This document shows positions 41,301 through 49,166 of a stretch of 64,000 bases of DNA, piece by piece (the stretch's first letter is position 1; each line of letters begins with the position of its first letter). A model generated the notes under the pieces. It did not search any database. It had not been told where the DNA came from and was given only the letters and a program-made list of their open reading frames with translations. The translations under genes and the position numbers were made by a program. Origin of the DNA: a virus (lineage: Duplodnaviria; Heunggongvirae; Uroviricota; Caudoviricetes); IMG/VR virus record IMGVR_UViG_3300001242_000012. One strand, given 5' to 3'.

Positions 41301-41301
41301 G
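35383..41301 (+). CDS. Baseplate hub-like protein with N-terminal SNase nuclease and central lytic transglycosylase domain (track start 35368; ATG35383 has the RBS)
   Basis: VIRVIDGDT, VRFIGVNCPE, DIYNRRLAVVY (SNase); AIITQES, AVGLGQY, AVVAYNKG (SLT); C-terminal RIHLRMGYG, EIVAQGDG, YKGELTVIGDPSIKPHD hub-like motifs. Confidence 0.75.
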   Translation: MALYYEDKPTIDTLQNHIMRASVIRVIDGDTIEACGLEPEDTSFNVRFIGVNCPETSGNQYQETHSSAYSITEGLSLDEARAIGEKAKEFTKSILEEGSIVVLDLSVLSKTDGEIVFATDIYNRRLAVVYTDEYNSVNVNRSLIESNLGDVMNMNSGHVSVSSWTTHKKRKPEVVDPTVTSINYRPQVGYNSNLNLVEPMENERMPRDNRPPGYMLIGDVELAIPPQAITVTRQSKINKVPVLRSKSSIQTKTGFSDIAVQVELFFHNKDYINGYPVKGNDGSTFYVNGLRPLVSQFKKSPFVPIQNDYLEEVHGVESVTLVNMTAQTVPGFPDCIVVNITMLKFDHQAYMPYTDDFYDSFCWPLFRWYCQGPMNERSADRIYLKPLDGSSTDLVFRLANESNLMQIKQEVAELLKSKSKLDMTYPDSNTLWSKINSDGEGCEEAFMQQEAYEKIAETWPSGVIKDVSVDELTGIQDSKMEDIRFQAPGVYVKRDPMYYTKRRYRVNITAYQNIELLKANGYGEPSNGWYVIDVEDKHLLDTIADRYETQQDDFAEKLDDLKQRQQRIENAEENILMDELRIKGLVVESIHVGLENIISSMQIQQCEASTHQYLGSQDAYIQISMTSVGKEPVKNLVKMIRDAERYTRDYKFGMVCGYLGINNPIVNLFGVRYTLVENVTVNTVRGFPDRYEIVLTLIGFDKTQRRSERLKSLNTGEGVNLNNVKSFYGMEEVIVEERLKNIEVYPDLELPTWDELKTFTTKANINYIFPQEAGWSAGKFVDPDFFIYTPHTLRKDLRDMINKEEQEKDEKKAGMDIKCRIGTASLRVPTSLTLNENETYQPLYKVSDELKKYSEAKIKEDLELNKKYGKAKQEQYKNDISNIDADEKPPVKINGDSSESAINVDIMQYRAVSEPNVSNKSMINYSPTENEINRWFKGHEEEGEYFASHIGVNPDEEAVARAIESEVDHLLTGTDMLKEPAVLWMKAIITQESRSWLQFINKKPYWNEEGSSAVGLGQYMLDQHGLTLETARRIAWDWKYNIHVCTKYYIEKIIAVTKLKNPKYSEDIYGWAVVAYNKGNVDDLTAPSSWDYYTKVKKWYEKFKSAGSSSTRSEMLGTKYTPPTTGVHADYPSEVEDQTEGKMSAANSPTKINFSPHEPQIDNNKIVRDSFTDMLETDHRGRLLRAFPSFQMLLIDEGRWVSWIKLWDNFYGFNSIQSIDIIKSRKIAADTCVIRMTNVYDNLTRYDMNLEYPKYDQKYEWNELFFGQFNHQSLIDARKEYVSALYLQTGARIHLRMGYGSNAQALPIMFNGSITELDSGGDIIEIVAQGDGLELCNQIGGEPDKLNDGSHMNSEARSTLCYLMARHNNPVWNWIEQVINQKEPDKQWLWNLFDRPENPLGITHFGNPRDFPFPEGKLDSLLPWKRDEKLGEIAANIYTSTGTGVHSQWIWDPYSLVAQDSLTEDAKNDLYQGWYLHWGVPFPKGDEDNIVVPLFGKTVWDVAQTLAVAFPDYIATVVPMEFRSTLFYGRPHWPICDRYAWNYKWDPVNKKYDRTATEMISKPLCQIHTYFSWCDIIANNIKASEEGVYTNVIASYKTKSGVPKSSMVVHADEDIYPEKQKTAVINVDFLEHSYFNFGDTNAKRFANTAAAQTLRDFVKDMYKGELTVIGDPSIKPHDMCYIADEVNEMHGMCGVKQVVHHLSHDTGFVTNICPDAIVIVDDKMFLNYVNWASTIVAGSTANIAGHWAAIGAWRKLTGSSLGAFARRTTSSFGELGLEMLVKATGNNWVLNDIMAEGADIYKMEKNWSKVYEYFKNVKINRSLRSAAYSGKYGNVVEGYDKMKTFLQTAKTGRALAFSGRSIAMVARLALSPFGIATIAEVGLTILADSIFEAYKRQKRNRQAIIVVPLRSHGKNLVAGLNGHQGCVIGDKPSKMDLFWEGKGKGAGSGIPRLFNELTGDDYKFSHNTEDHM

Positions 41302-41312
41302 GAGGAGATTGC

Positions 41313-41984
41313 ATGTCCTATTTAGACATATTAGCTTATTTAACTGGGGACTCAACTCCTCAAGAAACCCTTAATCGTAATCAAGAACTTGCTGACTCTA
41401 AGTACTCATTGTCTTTATTAAACTACTGGAAGTATATCCAAAACGTAAATGGAAATGTTCAAGAGAATAGTGGAAGCTCTGAAGATAGTGATAACTCTAA
41501 TCTTCCTACTTCTGAAGCGGCTGCTGCTAGTACTATATCTGGCTTTACTAATCCACGTGGTATAGGGAAGGTACAGATAGTTACAGGAAGTCAAGTGGCA
41601 TTTATTAAGAAGTGTATGTCCTCAAACTTCTCTGGTTACGTCAGCCTAGACACTAGTATATTTAAGAGTAGCGATAATGTTTTTGCAGGGTGGAACAATT
41701 TCCACCCTGCATACGCACAATATCTAACTAGTTTTGTTGCGTACCTCGGATGGAATACTTTTAAGATAAGCTCTGGCTTTAGGTCAAGAGCGTATAATGA
41801 CTCGATAAAGAATGCAGCTCCATGGAGTATGCATCTAGCTGGTGGAGCTGTGGATGCTTCATATAGTGGAAAGGTAGCTGAAGACTTAGCTAATGCTGCT
41901 AGAGCATATGGATTTGGTGGGATAGAGGTTGGCTCTGGATTCGTTCACATTGATTTTGGACCGGGCAGAACGTGGAATTATTAG
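41313..41984 (+). CDS. Peptidase M15 family Zn peptidase (cell-wall hydrolase)
   Basis: ISSGFRS..YN, SMHLAGGAVD, FVHIDFGPGRTW. Confidence 0.85.
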   Translation: MSYLDILAYLTGDSTPQETLNRNQELADSKYSLSLLNYWKYIQNVNGNVQENSGSSEDSDNSNLPTSEAAAASTISGFTNPRGIGKVQIVTGSQVAFIKKCMSSNFSGYVSLDTSIFKSSDNVFAGWNNFHPAYAQYLTSFVAYLGWNTFKISSGFRSRAYNDSIKNAAPWSMHLAGGAVDASYSGKVAEDLANAARAYGFGGIEVGSGFVHIDFGPGRTWNY

Positions 41985-41996
41985 GAGGGATCTAAT

Positions 41997-42368
41997 ATGC
42001 TTAAGCAACACATGAATCCGCTTGGAAGAGCTATATATGACAAATTGGTAGATCCTTCTATGAAACATAATAATAATGGAGGACCAGGTGTAGTACTTCA
42101 TTATGATTATATAAAGAAACTGGCTGCAATAAATATGATGGAACCAAACTCTGGTGTTCCGGTAATGTTTTATGATGTTCCAGTTGAGGATCATGGACGT
42201 GGAACTAAATTAGTAGCTCTTAACGTTGGCACTGAAGTATGGGTAACTTTTAATAGCCCTACAACACCAATCATCACAACAATATTCACAGAGAAGAAAG
42301 AAAAAGAAGATCTTAAGGTGCACCATGGACCACAAGTACCTAAATATCTAGGACGTATTGGAGGATAA
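41997..42368 (+). CDS. Putative baseplate spike OB-fold protein
   Basis: GVVLHYD, YDVPV, LNVGTEVWVTF..PII pattern; baseplate context. Confidence 0.5.
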   Translation: MLKQHMNPLGRAIYDKLVDPSMKHNNNGGPGVVLHYDYIKKLAAINMMEPNSGVPVMFYDVPVEDHGRGTKLVALNVGTEVWVTFNSPTTPIITTIFTEKKEKEDLKVHHGPQVPKYLGRIGG

Positions 42369-42370
42369 TT

Positions 42371-42913
42371 ATGCAAGGACCTAGCAAAAGCTTATATAAG
42401 AGGAAGTTAGACAACATTGATAATGGGCATATAGATGTTAGTGATAGAGATACGATTGAATATTTCCAGAAAGAAGAAGTAGGAATTCATCACTGGGATA
42501 ACAATTCAGTAGTTAGGATATGTGATGACGGCTGCATAGACTCTTTCGTTGGCGAAACCATTGGAATAAGACTAGACCCTACTGCACAGTCTGCTAACAT
42601 CTTCTCCCCTAAGGTAAATGTATTTGGCAATCGAGTTAATCTACTGACTAATCCAGATGGACTTATATGGAACTCATGGAAATTCAATCCCTCAATATAT
42701 GAATGGTGCGGTATTGCTCCTCTTGGAGTTAGTACAAGTCCACGTAATTTTAAGTTAATGTGTGATTATGAAGTAAAAACTGCAAAGGGATGGGAACATG
42801 TTCAAATCCTATTGCCTCCATATCTTAAGGACAATAATCCTGTTAAGTATAGTACAGACATAAAGAATATAATCAGTGGATTAGGATTACCACTACCGGA
42901 TGGTGATGAATAA
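42371..42913 (+). CDS. Putative spike beta-helix/baseplate protein
   Basis: Repeating short beta strands (SVVRICDDGCIDSF, IGIRLD, ANIFS); context. Confidence 0.4.
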   Translation: MQGPSKSLYKRKLDNIDNGHIDVSDRDTIEYFQKEEVGIHHWDNNSVVRICDDGCIDSFVGETIGIRLDPTAQSANIFSPKVNVFGNRVNLLTNPDGLIWNSWKFNPSIYEWCGIAPLGVSTSPRNFKLMCDYEVKTAKGWEHVQILLPPYLKDNNPVKYSTDIKNIISGLGLPLPDGDE

Positions 42914-43491
42914 TGAGAGACTTTGATATACGCGCTGGGAAAGTTATCTGCTCTGAAGATGATACTCATTACGTTCCTATTGACGCCAAAGAAGGGCAAG
43001 CTTGTTTGATAAATGGATGTATCGGCACATTTGTCTCAGTTGAAGGAGATATCATTACTACGCCTTGCCGAGTTGATGATGAGGGGAATAAGATTTATGT
43101 AGATTGTGGTATTGACGATAATGGTAATCAAGTGTTGAAGGAAATGAAGGATATAGCATTAATATCAGACATAAGCTGGTTTAAACAAGTCGTGTACAAC
43201 AGGATAAAGACACAAAATCCAGATTGGTATCACCATCCTACTATCGGAGCTAATCTTGAAGATTTGATTGGCGAACAGAATACAAGGGCTAATGCTGACA
43301 TTGGTTCATACAATATATTAAAGTCACTAACATATGATGGTTTTATTAATCCTAAAGATGCGAATATAAGGTCTGTACCAGTTGATTCTAATAACATAAT
43401 ATATTTCATACGCATATCTAATCCATATACTATTACGTTATATGCTTCGTTTGGATATGAAGATGGGATTAAGGAGTTTGGTGTAGTATGA
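42913..43491 (+). CDS. gp25-like baseplate wedge/sheath initiator with N-terminal insertion
   Basis: KQVVYNRIKT..DWYHHPTIGANLEDLIG; precedes baseplate J. Confidence 0.65.
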   Translation: MRDFDIRAGKVICSEDDTHYVPIDAKEGQACLINGCIGTFVSVEGDIITTPCRVDDEGNKIYVDCGIDDNGNQVLKEMKDIALISDISWFKQVVYNRIKTQNPDWYHHPTIGANLEDLIGEQNTRANADIGSYNILKSLTYDGFINPKDANIRSVPVDSNNIIYFIRISNPYTITLYASFGYEDGIKEFGVV

Positions 43492-44294
43492 TAGTGTACT
43501 CTAATAAGAAAGTAAGAATGCAAAGAATGATGGATGCTTTAGCTAACAATACTGATATAACAGACTTTTCTCCTGGAACAATAGCAAGAACCTTTCTTGA
43601 CATAATAAATGAAGAGCTAGAAGAATGTTATACCACTCTTGACAGATACATATCTATGGCATACATAAGCACGGCATCTGGTAAGTTTTTAGACTTGATG
43701 GGGGCTATGTTAAACTGTCCACGCAAGAGTGGAGATACAGATGACAATTATAGATACTTGATTAGTCAACAAGTGTATTCTTCAGCAGGAGCTAACGAGA
43801 CTACTATTAGACTAAAAAGTCTATCAGTAGCAGATGTCAAAGACGTAGTATTAGTTCCTTACACATATGGGATAGGAAGTTTTTCTGTATATGTAATGGT
43901 AGACGATCCTAATACCTCTGATACTATTATAAACTCAGTACAAGCAGTGTTAGACAGAGAGAAAGCATACGGTATAAAAGCAGTTGCTATGAAACCGAAT
44001 ATCACGACTGTTGATGTTAGTGTGAAATTAGTTATGCATCCAAGTGTAAGCTCCGTGGAGGCAAGTAGTCTATCTTATTCTGCACGTTCAGCAATCAAGT
44101 ATTATATAGATAATATATCCATGGGAGAAGCATTATCTATCAATGTAATTATGAGTAAGGCACTTAGTGTGAGTGACAAAATCATAAATGGAGAAGTTTT
44201 AGAATTTAAGATAAATAATAAGAAAACATATCTTGCAACTTACTATTCAATGTGGGATGAAAAGATAACTCCAGGAAATGTTATTATCAAGTAG
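43488..44294 (+). CDS. Baseplate J-like protein
   Basis: ITDFSPGTIART, ASGKFLDLMG, RKSGDTDDNYR, GSFSVYV. Confidence 0.8.
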   Translation: MIVYSNKKVRMQRMMDALANNTDITDFSPGTIARTFLDIINEELEECYTTLDRYISMAYISTASGKFLDLMGAMLNCPRKSGDTDDNYRYLISQQVYSSAGANETTIRLKSLSVADVKDVVLVPYTYGIGSFSVYVMVDDPNTSDTIINSVQAVLDREKAYGIKAVAMKPNITTVDVSVKLVMHPSVSSVEASSLSYSARSAIKYYIDNISMGEALSINVIMSKALSVSDKIINGEVLEFKINNKKTYLATYYSMWDEKITPGNVIIK

Positions 44295-44305
44295 GAGGGT
44301 TTCTG

Positions 44306-45949
44306 ATGTCATATAACGATAGTTTTCCTTTAAGTAATGTAACGAAGAAGATGCTCAGATATCTTCCTAGCTGGATGACAATGAGAACCAATGAGAATTC
44401 ATTAGGTACACAATTCATTAACTCACCTGGATTAGAGTTTGAGCAAGTAGAAGAATATATACTCGATATGATTAATAGTCAATATCTAGATACTGCTGAT
44501 ATAAGCAAGATAGACTATGTATGGAAAACAGATCTATATCCTATCTTGCTTGATGGTTGGAAGAAGTTATCTTTCAGAGCTAAATATAAAGATAATGACA
44601 CTAACATATACGAACCATTTGATGTAAAAGAAGTGACGAGCTATGAAGACTTCTATCTTGGTAATACTGATTTCTGTATGGTTGATTATGATACAGGCAT
44701 ATGTTACATCCGTAGACCAAGTGATTGTTCAATAGAATTTGAATATTTACACGTTGATGCATATGATGGAGAAGATGATGATGGAGGATTATACATTAGC
44801 GAATTTGCAATCCATCATATCTGGAACTCTTTTGATGAAATTGGATTATTATTAGGTACTCCAAGATTATTTAAAGAAGATAATCAAAGATATAGAGACA
44901 GGTTAAAGAACGTATTCTTATTACGTGGTGGTCCTACTTTAGTAGGACTAAAGAATGGTATTACTGGACTCTTGGGTACTAGCGATGTTGAGATAAAGGA
45001 ATTATGTGATATAGCATTTCGTGACTCACTACTTAACGAGGACGGTAGTGCTAGTGACAAGCTTAAGAAATATGCAAGAATAATAAATGATCAGATTGCT
45101 AATACATGGGATAACATGAGTTGGGATAAAGCATATTGGAGGTCTCTTGAGCATACAAAGTTAGGATTTGATTACTTACCACATGTTTGGAATGCTTCTA
45201 CTGAAGGATGGGTGGATGAAGACTTCCAGAGTGGAGTAGGTTGTGGCCTTGACTTATACGTCAATTCGCCTAAGAATGAAAGTAGTGAACAAGAATTTGA
45301 ATACTACGTTCAAGCACAAGCTGCTATTGATAGCAGTGAAGTGAGGTATCCAGAGCACACTTTCAGCTATAGGATATTGGCAAAGGGAACCAAGATAGAG
45401 AACACCCCCAATGTCGAGGAGTTCAAGTACACCATAGTGGCCGCAGAGAACATAGATCTACAGGATAACATAGTTATCAATGGGAAACGTGAGTATAATC
45501 AATGGCCCATCATATCCTGGGACACAGTAGAAAGTATGTCTACAACCCTTGAGGTAGTTAATAGTAATAAAATAATGAGTCCAAGTGTTGATGGAATAAC
45601 TCCTAGACCATATCTTAAAGTTATAGTAACAATGGAAAATGATACTAACGACACTCCATTACTGAATTCTATTACTGTTGGCTGGAAAGACACATCTGAT
45701 ATTGAACACACTACTACTCTTAATTCAGGATTATTATTCGAGAGAACAGATGACCTTTCAAATGACTCTGGTCCTTTTCCATTGATACATATCACTAAAG
45801 AAAACACTGAAGTTGTTAACAATCATGTAGAGCTTAGTTATGGAGACTTTCAACAAATCATTGACAATGATAGTGACTGGAGAAATGGCGAAATGAACAA
45901 CTGTGTAGTGAGCGGTAATAGTTTAAAACTCAACGTAGGAGTGATATAA
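44306..45949 (+). CDS. Baseplate wedge-like structural protein
   Basis: LPSWM, HHIWNSFDEIGLLLGTPRL..EDNQRYRDRL, GGPTLVGLKNGI. Confidence 0.6.
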   Translation: MSYNDSFPLSNVTKKMLRYLPSWMTMRTNENSLGTQFINSPGLEFEQVEEYILDMINSQYLDTADISKIDYVWKTDLYPILLDGWKKLSFRAKYKDNDTNIYEPFDVKEVTSYEDFYLGNTDFCMVDYDTGICYIRRPSDCSIEFEYLHVDAYDGEDDDGGLYISEFAIHHIWNSFDEIGLLLGTPRLFKEDNQRYRDRLKNVFLLRGGPTLVGLKNGITGLLGTSDVEIKELCDIAFRDSLLNEDGSASDKLKKYARIINDQIANTWDNMSWDKAYWRSLEHTKLGFDYLPHVWNASTEGWVDEDFQSGVGCGLDLYVNSPKNESSEQEFEYYVQAQAAIDSSEVRYPEHTFSYRILAKGTKIENTPNVEEFKYTIVAAENIDLQDNIVINGKREYNQWPIISWDTVESMSTTLEVVNSNKIMSPSVDGITPRPYLKVIVTMENDTNDTPLLNSITVGWKDTSDIEHTTTLNSGLLFERTDDLSNDSGPFPLIHITKENTEVVNNHVELSYGDFQQIIDNDSDWRNGEMNNCVVSGNSLKLNVGVI

Positions 45950-45950
45950 G

Positions 45951-47036
45951 ATGGCAAATACTTTATATTCTGACTTAACTAAGACACAATATCCAGCACA
46001 AATAGATTCAAGATACCCTGTCGCTGCTGTTACAGACTTGCGTTTTCCTTCTGCTGACAATGCTAACTTAGTATATACTATTGGAGAACAACATGAAAAT
46101 ACAGATATGAATCCTGAAACAGATTATACCACCTATATAATGGCTGCACATATAAATGTTTTACAGGAAGCTATGTTATGTGTTGAAAGAACGTTAGGTA
46201 TAATGCCGCAAGGTGACTTTAAAACAGTAAAGGCTCGTATAGAAAACTTAGAGGATAAGGACTATGACATTAGGTATATTACAGCTAATAGTGTGGGATG
46301 GACGTATGATTCTGCTAGAGATACATTGTATGCCCATAAGCATCTTGGTGGAACTGCTTCACCATCTAAAGTTGATTTAGCAAGTGAAGTACAGGGACTA
46401 TTACCAAAAACAGCTATAGAACTTGGCGTTACCAATAGTTCTTTAATGGCTACTGACATAAAAATGTCTAGTACAGACAATAGAACGATTAAAGATTCTA
46501 TTGATGCACAATTCCCACGTACAGCAGGAACAAGTTATCCGATAACTGGTGACTTATATCTTGATAATAAGTTCTTTGGTGGGTTATATGGAGAATGGGA
46601 TGCACAAGACCATATCGAAGGGATAAGTTCTACCAAAGTTAGTGATGATAAAGCATACTCTGGATACTCTGTTAAGAGTGGTACTACAAATGAATTTATG
46701 ATAATTGGACCTACTGGTGGATATCAGAAATTACGATATGGTAAATTTGTAGTAGGATTTAGAATAAAAATAACTGATCCTCCAGATGCAGAAGCAATGG
46801 TATGCCAGTTATCAGTTGGAAACGTTTTAGAACAAAACGTTAGAAATATATATGCTAAAGACTTTGAGAACCCTGGTAATTATGAAATGTTATATATAAC
46901 ATTTGATCACACACCAACATCAGATAACCTTAATAGATTCTATTTCGGTGTATGGCGTCATAACGCAGCAGTGGGTTATCTATATATAGATAGTATAATT
47001 ATAATGCCTTCTCATACTTCAGTATATGATGACTAG
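45951..47036 (+). CDS. Short tail fibre/receptor-binding protein with anchor module and CBM-like C-terminus
   Basis: HINVLQ..ERTLG.PQG anchor shared with the 58796 ORF; HKHLG motif; jelly-roll-like C-terminus. Confidence 0.6.
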   Translation: MANTLYSDLTKTQYPAQIDSRYPVAAVTDLRFPSADNANLVYTIGEQHENTDMNPETDYTTYIMAAHINVLQEAMLCVERTLGIMPQGDFKTVKARIENLEDKDYDIRYITANSVGWTYDSARDTLYAHKHLGGTASPSKVDLASEVQGLLPKTAIELGVTNSSLMATDIKMSSTDNRTIKDSIDAQFPRTAGTSYPITGDLYLDNKFFGGLYGEWDAQDHIEGISSTKVSDDKAYSGYSVKSGTTNEFMIIGPTGGYQKLRYGKFVVGFRIKITDPPDAEAMVCQLSVGNVLEQNVRNIYAKDFENPGNYEMLYITFDHTPTSDNLNRFYFGVWRHNAAVGYLYIDSIIIMPSHTSVYDD

Positions 47037-47048
47037 GAGGGTTAAATA

Positions 47049-49154
47049 ATGGCTTATTTCGGAGTTTCTGATTTCAGAATAAATGCTGACATCACGAACT
47101 TAACAGTTGATGCTGTTTCAGCCAAGCTGAGTAGGCATTCTACAGAATGGTACGAACAATGGGATTGCAGTTCGTTTGGTGAGTGGCTTACACATGGAGG
47201 CTACTATAATTGGGATATAAGTAATGATTCATTCCTTATTAATTCTGCGCCATACTATTCTACCGATAACTTTGTCTATAGAACTTTAAATATACCAGCA
47301 GGTGGCAAACTTATATTCAAATATAAAACTCAACGCCAAACACTAGATGGATATATGTATGTCAAAGGCGCAGGAAACAATATTTTATACACTGGTTCTT
47401 CATCTGATTGGAAAGAAGAGACTGTAACATTAAATGACGGTATAACTAATGATTATATATTTATAGGCTACTTTAAATATAACAATTATGGAAAAACTGA
47501 TTACGCATGGATAGATCATATCAGGTGGGGTCCATTTTATAGAGAAGGATATTACACTAATGGAACATATACATCGAATACGTATACCTCTATGAATTCT
47601 AGTAATGTAAGAATTAGCTGGTTAGCATATATTCCAACAGGCACTACTTGTACAATAGAAGCTAGAACGAGTAGAAATAATTCTTGGAGTGACTGGGTCA
47701 GTATACCTTACACAGGATATATCCATAGTCCAGATAACAATTTTGATCGTATTCAGGTAAGAGCTACTTTAACAACTATTGATGATAGTATAACTCCAAT
47801 ACTATCATCAATAAATATTATAACTCATGACGAACCTGTGATAACTACCCCTACAAGACGACGTGGTACAATTAGGTCTTCAGAAATAACTGAACTTCGT
47901 GATGCAATAAACAACATGCTTCCTAAATACGGATTACCTGTTATAACAACATCTATAACAGGTAATCAAGTTAATAACATCAGGGATACTGATTTTATAG
48001 AGATAGCATCAGCTATTAAAAGTATTTCTATAAATGAAGACAACACAACCTGGAATTCCTCTTACATTAAACAAGGTGGAACTACTGTTATAAACGTTGA
48101 TCATCTTATTGAATTACAAGAGAAACTTGTTAGTATCGTTGATATAGCTCCTGTAGCTCCATCGATGAGGCAACTACCGTACTTTACTTATCTATCTCTT
48201 AACCCTCCAGGCTCTATTAGTTCTAGCTCCTCTTCTCAATCAGACAATACAATAGATGTTAGCTGGATAGCAGCAACATCTACTAATCCTAATCTTGAAT
48301 ATAGCTGGTATCCAAGCTATTCAAAAGATGTTGCTGCTTATGAGGTATGGTATTCAAATGGAACTGACTACTGGTTGTATACTATTATTAGCAATACAGG
48401 AAAAGCCTATTATGAGATATCTCATGAGTGGGATGTAACATGGAATGGATATGTCAATATATGTACTATAGATAAGTTCGGAAATAAGACGGACTCTATG
48501 TATCCTTTATCTCCACAAGCCAGTAATCTTCTTGACCACTACGAGTTAAATTATAAACTTAATAATAAAGTAGTATGGAATGGACTCGGTGGATCTCCTG
48601 TTATCGAAACTAAAGCTATTACATGGTATTTGGGCTCTCAATGTTACTACTATTATGATAGCAATCGTTGGTTCTATGAAAACCCTGTAACATTCGATAT
48701 GCTTTCTGGAGTCACCAATATATCATGTGGATTCTACGTGTCTTCTGGAACTCTTGGTCTCGAATGGATGATAGTGTATTATAACGAAGAGACAAATAAT
48801 TGGTTACCAACTAGTACTTATATAACTGCATCCCAATACGATACTACTTATTCTTTTAATACCACAATAACTAGTAGTGTGGTAGCCAAATTTATTGTCG
48901 TACCAAGATACTGGCAAAGTAGTGGAACTTGGGGTATGGCTATAAATAATTTGTCTATCACTAGAGAATATAATAATGGTAGTATGAGTAAAGCAACGTC
49001 TTATACTCATACTATTAACGAGCTAGGTTACTATCAGTATCGTATTCGCTCAGTAGATGGAAATGAAGTAGCTAGTGATTGGGTGCAAACTTCAGCCAAC
49101 ACATATTATTGTGGATGCTATGGACATTGTGGAAATCACTCTTATAGCGAATAG
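47049..49154 (+). CDS. Tail-associated protein with FN3-like domains and Cys/His-rich C-terminus
   Basis: Beta-rich, Tyr/Trp/Ser-rich; three I...E(L/I)..AI-like repeats; ends YYCGCYGHCGNHSYSE. Confidence 0.6.
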   Translation: MAYFGVSDFRINADITNLTVDAVSAKLSRHSTEWYEQWDCSSFGEWLTHGGYYNWDISNDSFLINSAPYYSTDNFVYRTLNIPAGGKLIFKYKTQRQTLDGYMYVKGAGNNILYTGSSSDWKEETVTLNDGITNDYIFIGYFKYNNYGKTDYAWIDHIRWGPFYREGYYTNGTYTSNTYTSMNSSNVRISWLAYIPTGTTCTIEARTSRNNSWSDWVSIPYTGYIHSPDNNFDRIQVRATLTTIDDSITPILSSINIITHDEPVITTPTRRRGTIRSSEITELRDAINNMLPKYGLPVITTSITGNQVNNIRDTDFIEIASAIKSISINEDNTTWNSSYIKQGGTTVINVDHLIELQEKLVSIVDIAPVAPSMRQLPYFTYLSLNPPGSISSSSSSQSDNTIDVSWIAATSTNPNLEYSWYPSYSKDVAAYEVWYSNGTDYWLYTIISNTGKAYYEISHEWDVTWNGYVNICTIDKFGNKTDSMYPLSPQASNLLDHYELNYKLNNKVVWNGLGGSPVIETKAITWYLGSQCYYYYDSNRWFYENPVTFDMLSGVTNISCGFYVSSGTLGLEWMIVYYNEETNNWLPTSTYITASQYDTTYSFNTTITSSVVAKFIVVPRYWQSSGTWGMAINNLSITREYNNGSMSKATSYTHTINELGYYQYRIRSVDGNEVASDWVQTSANTYYCGCYGHCGNHSYSE

Positions 49155-49166
49155 GGAGGAATCATT

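Noticed and set aside
15077-46000. Stand-alone eCIS or tailocin locus
   Set aside because: Terminase, portal, protease and major capsid genes are co-linear with it, so it is a phage
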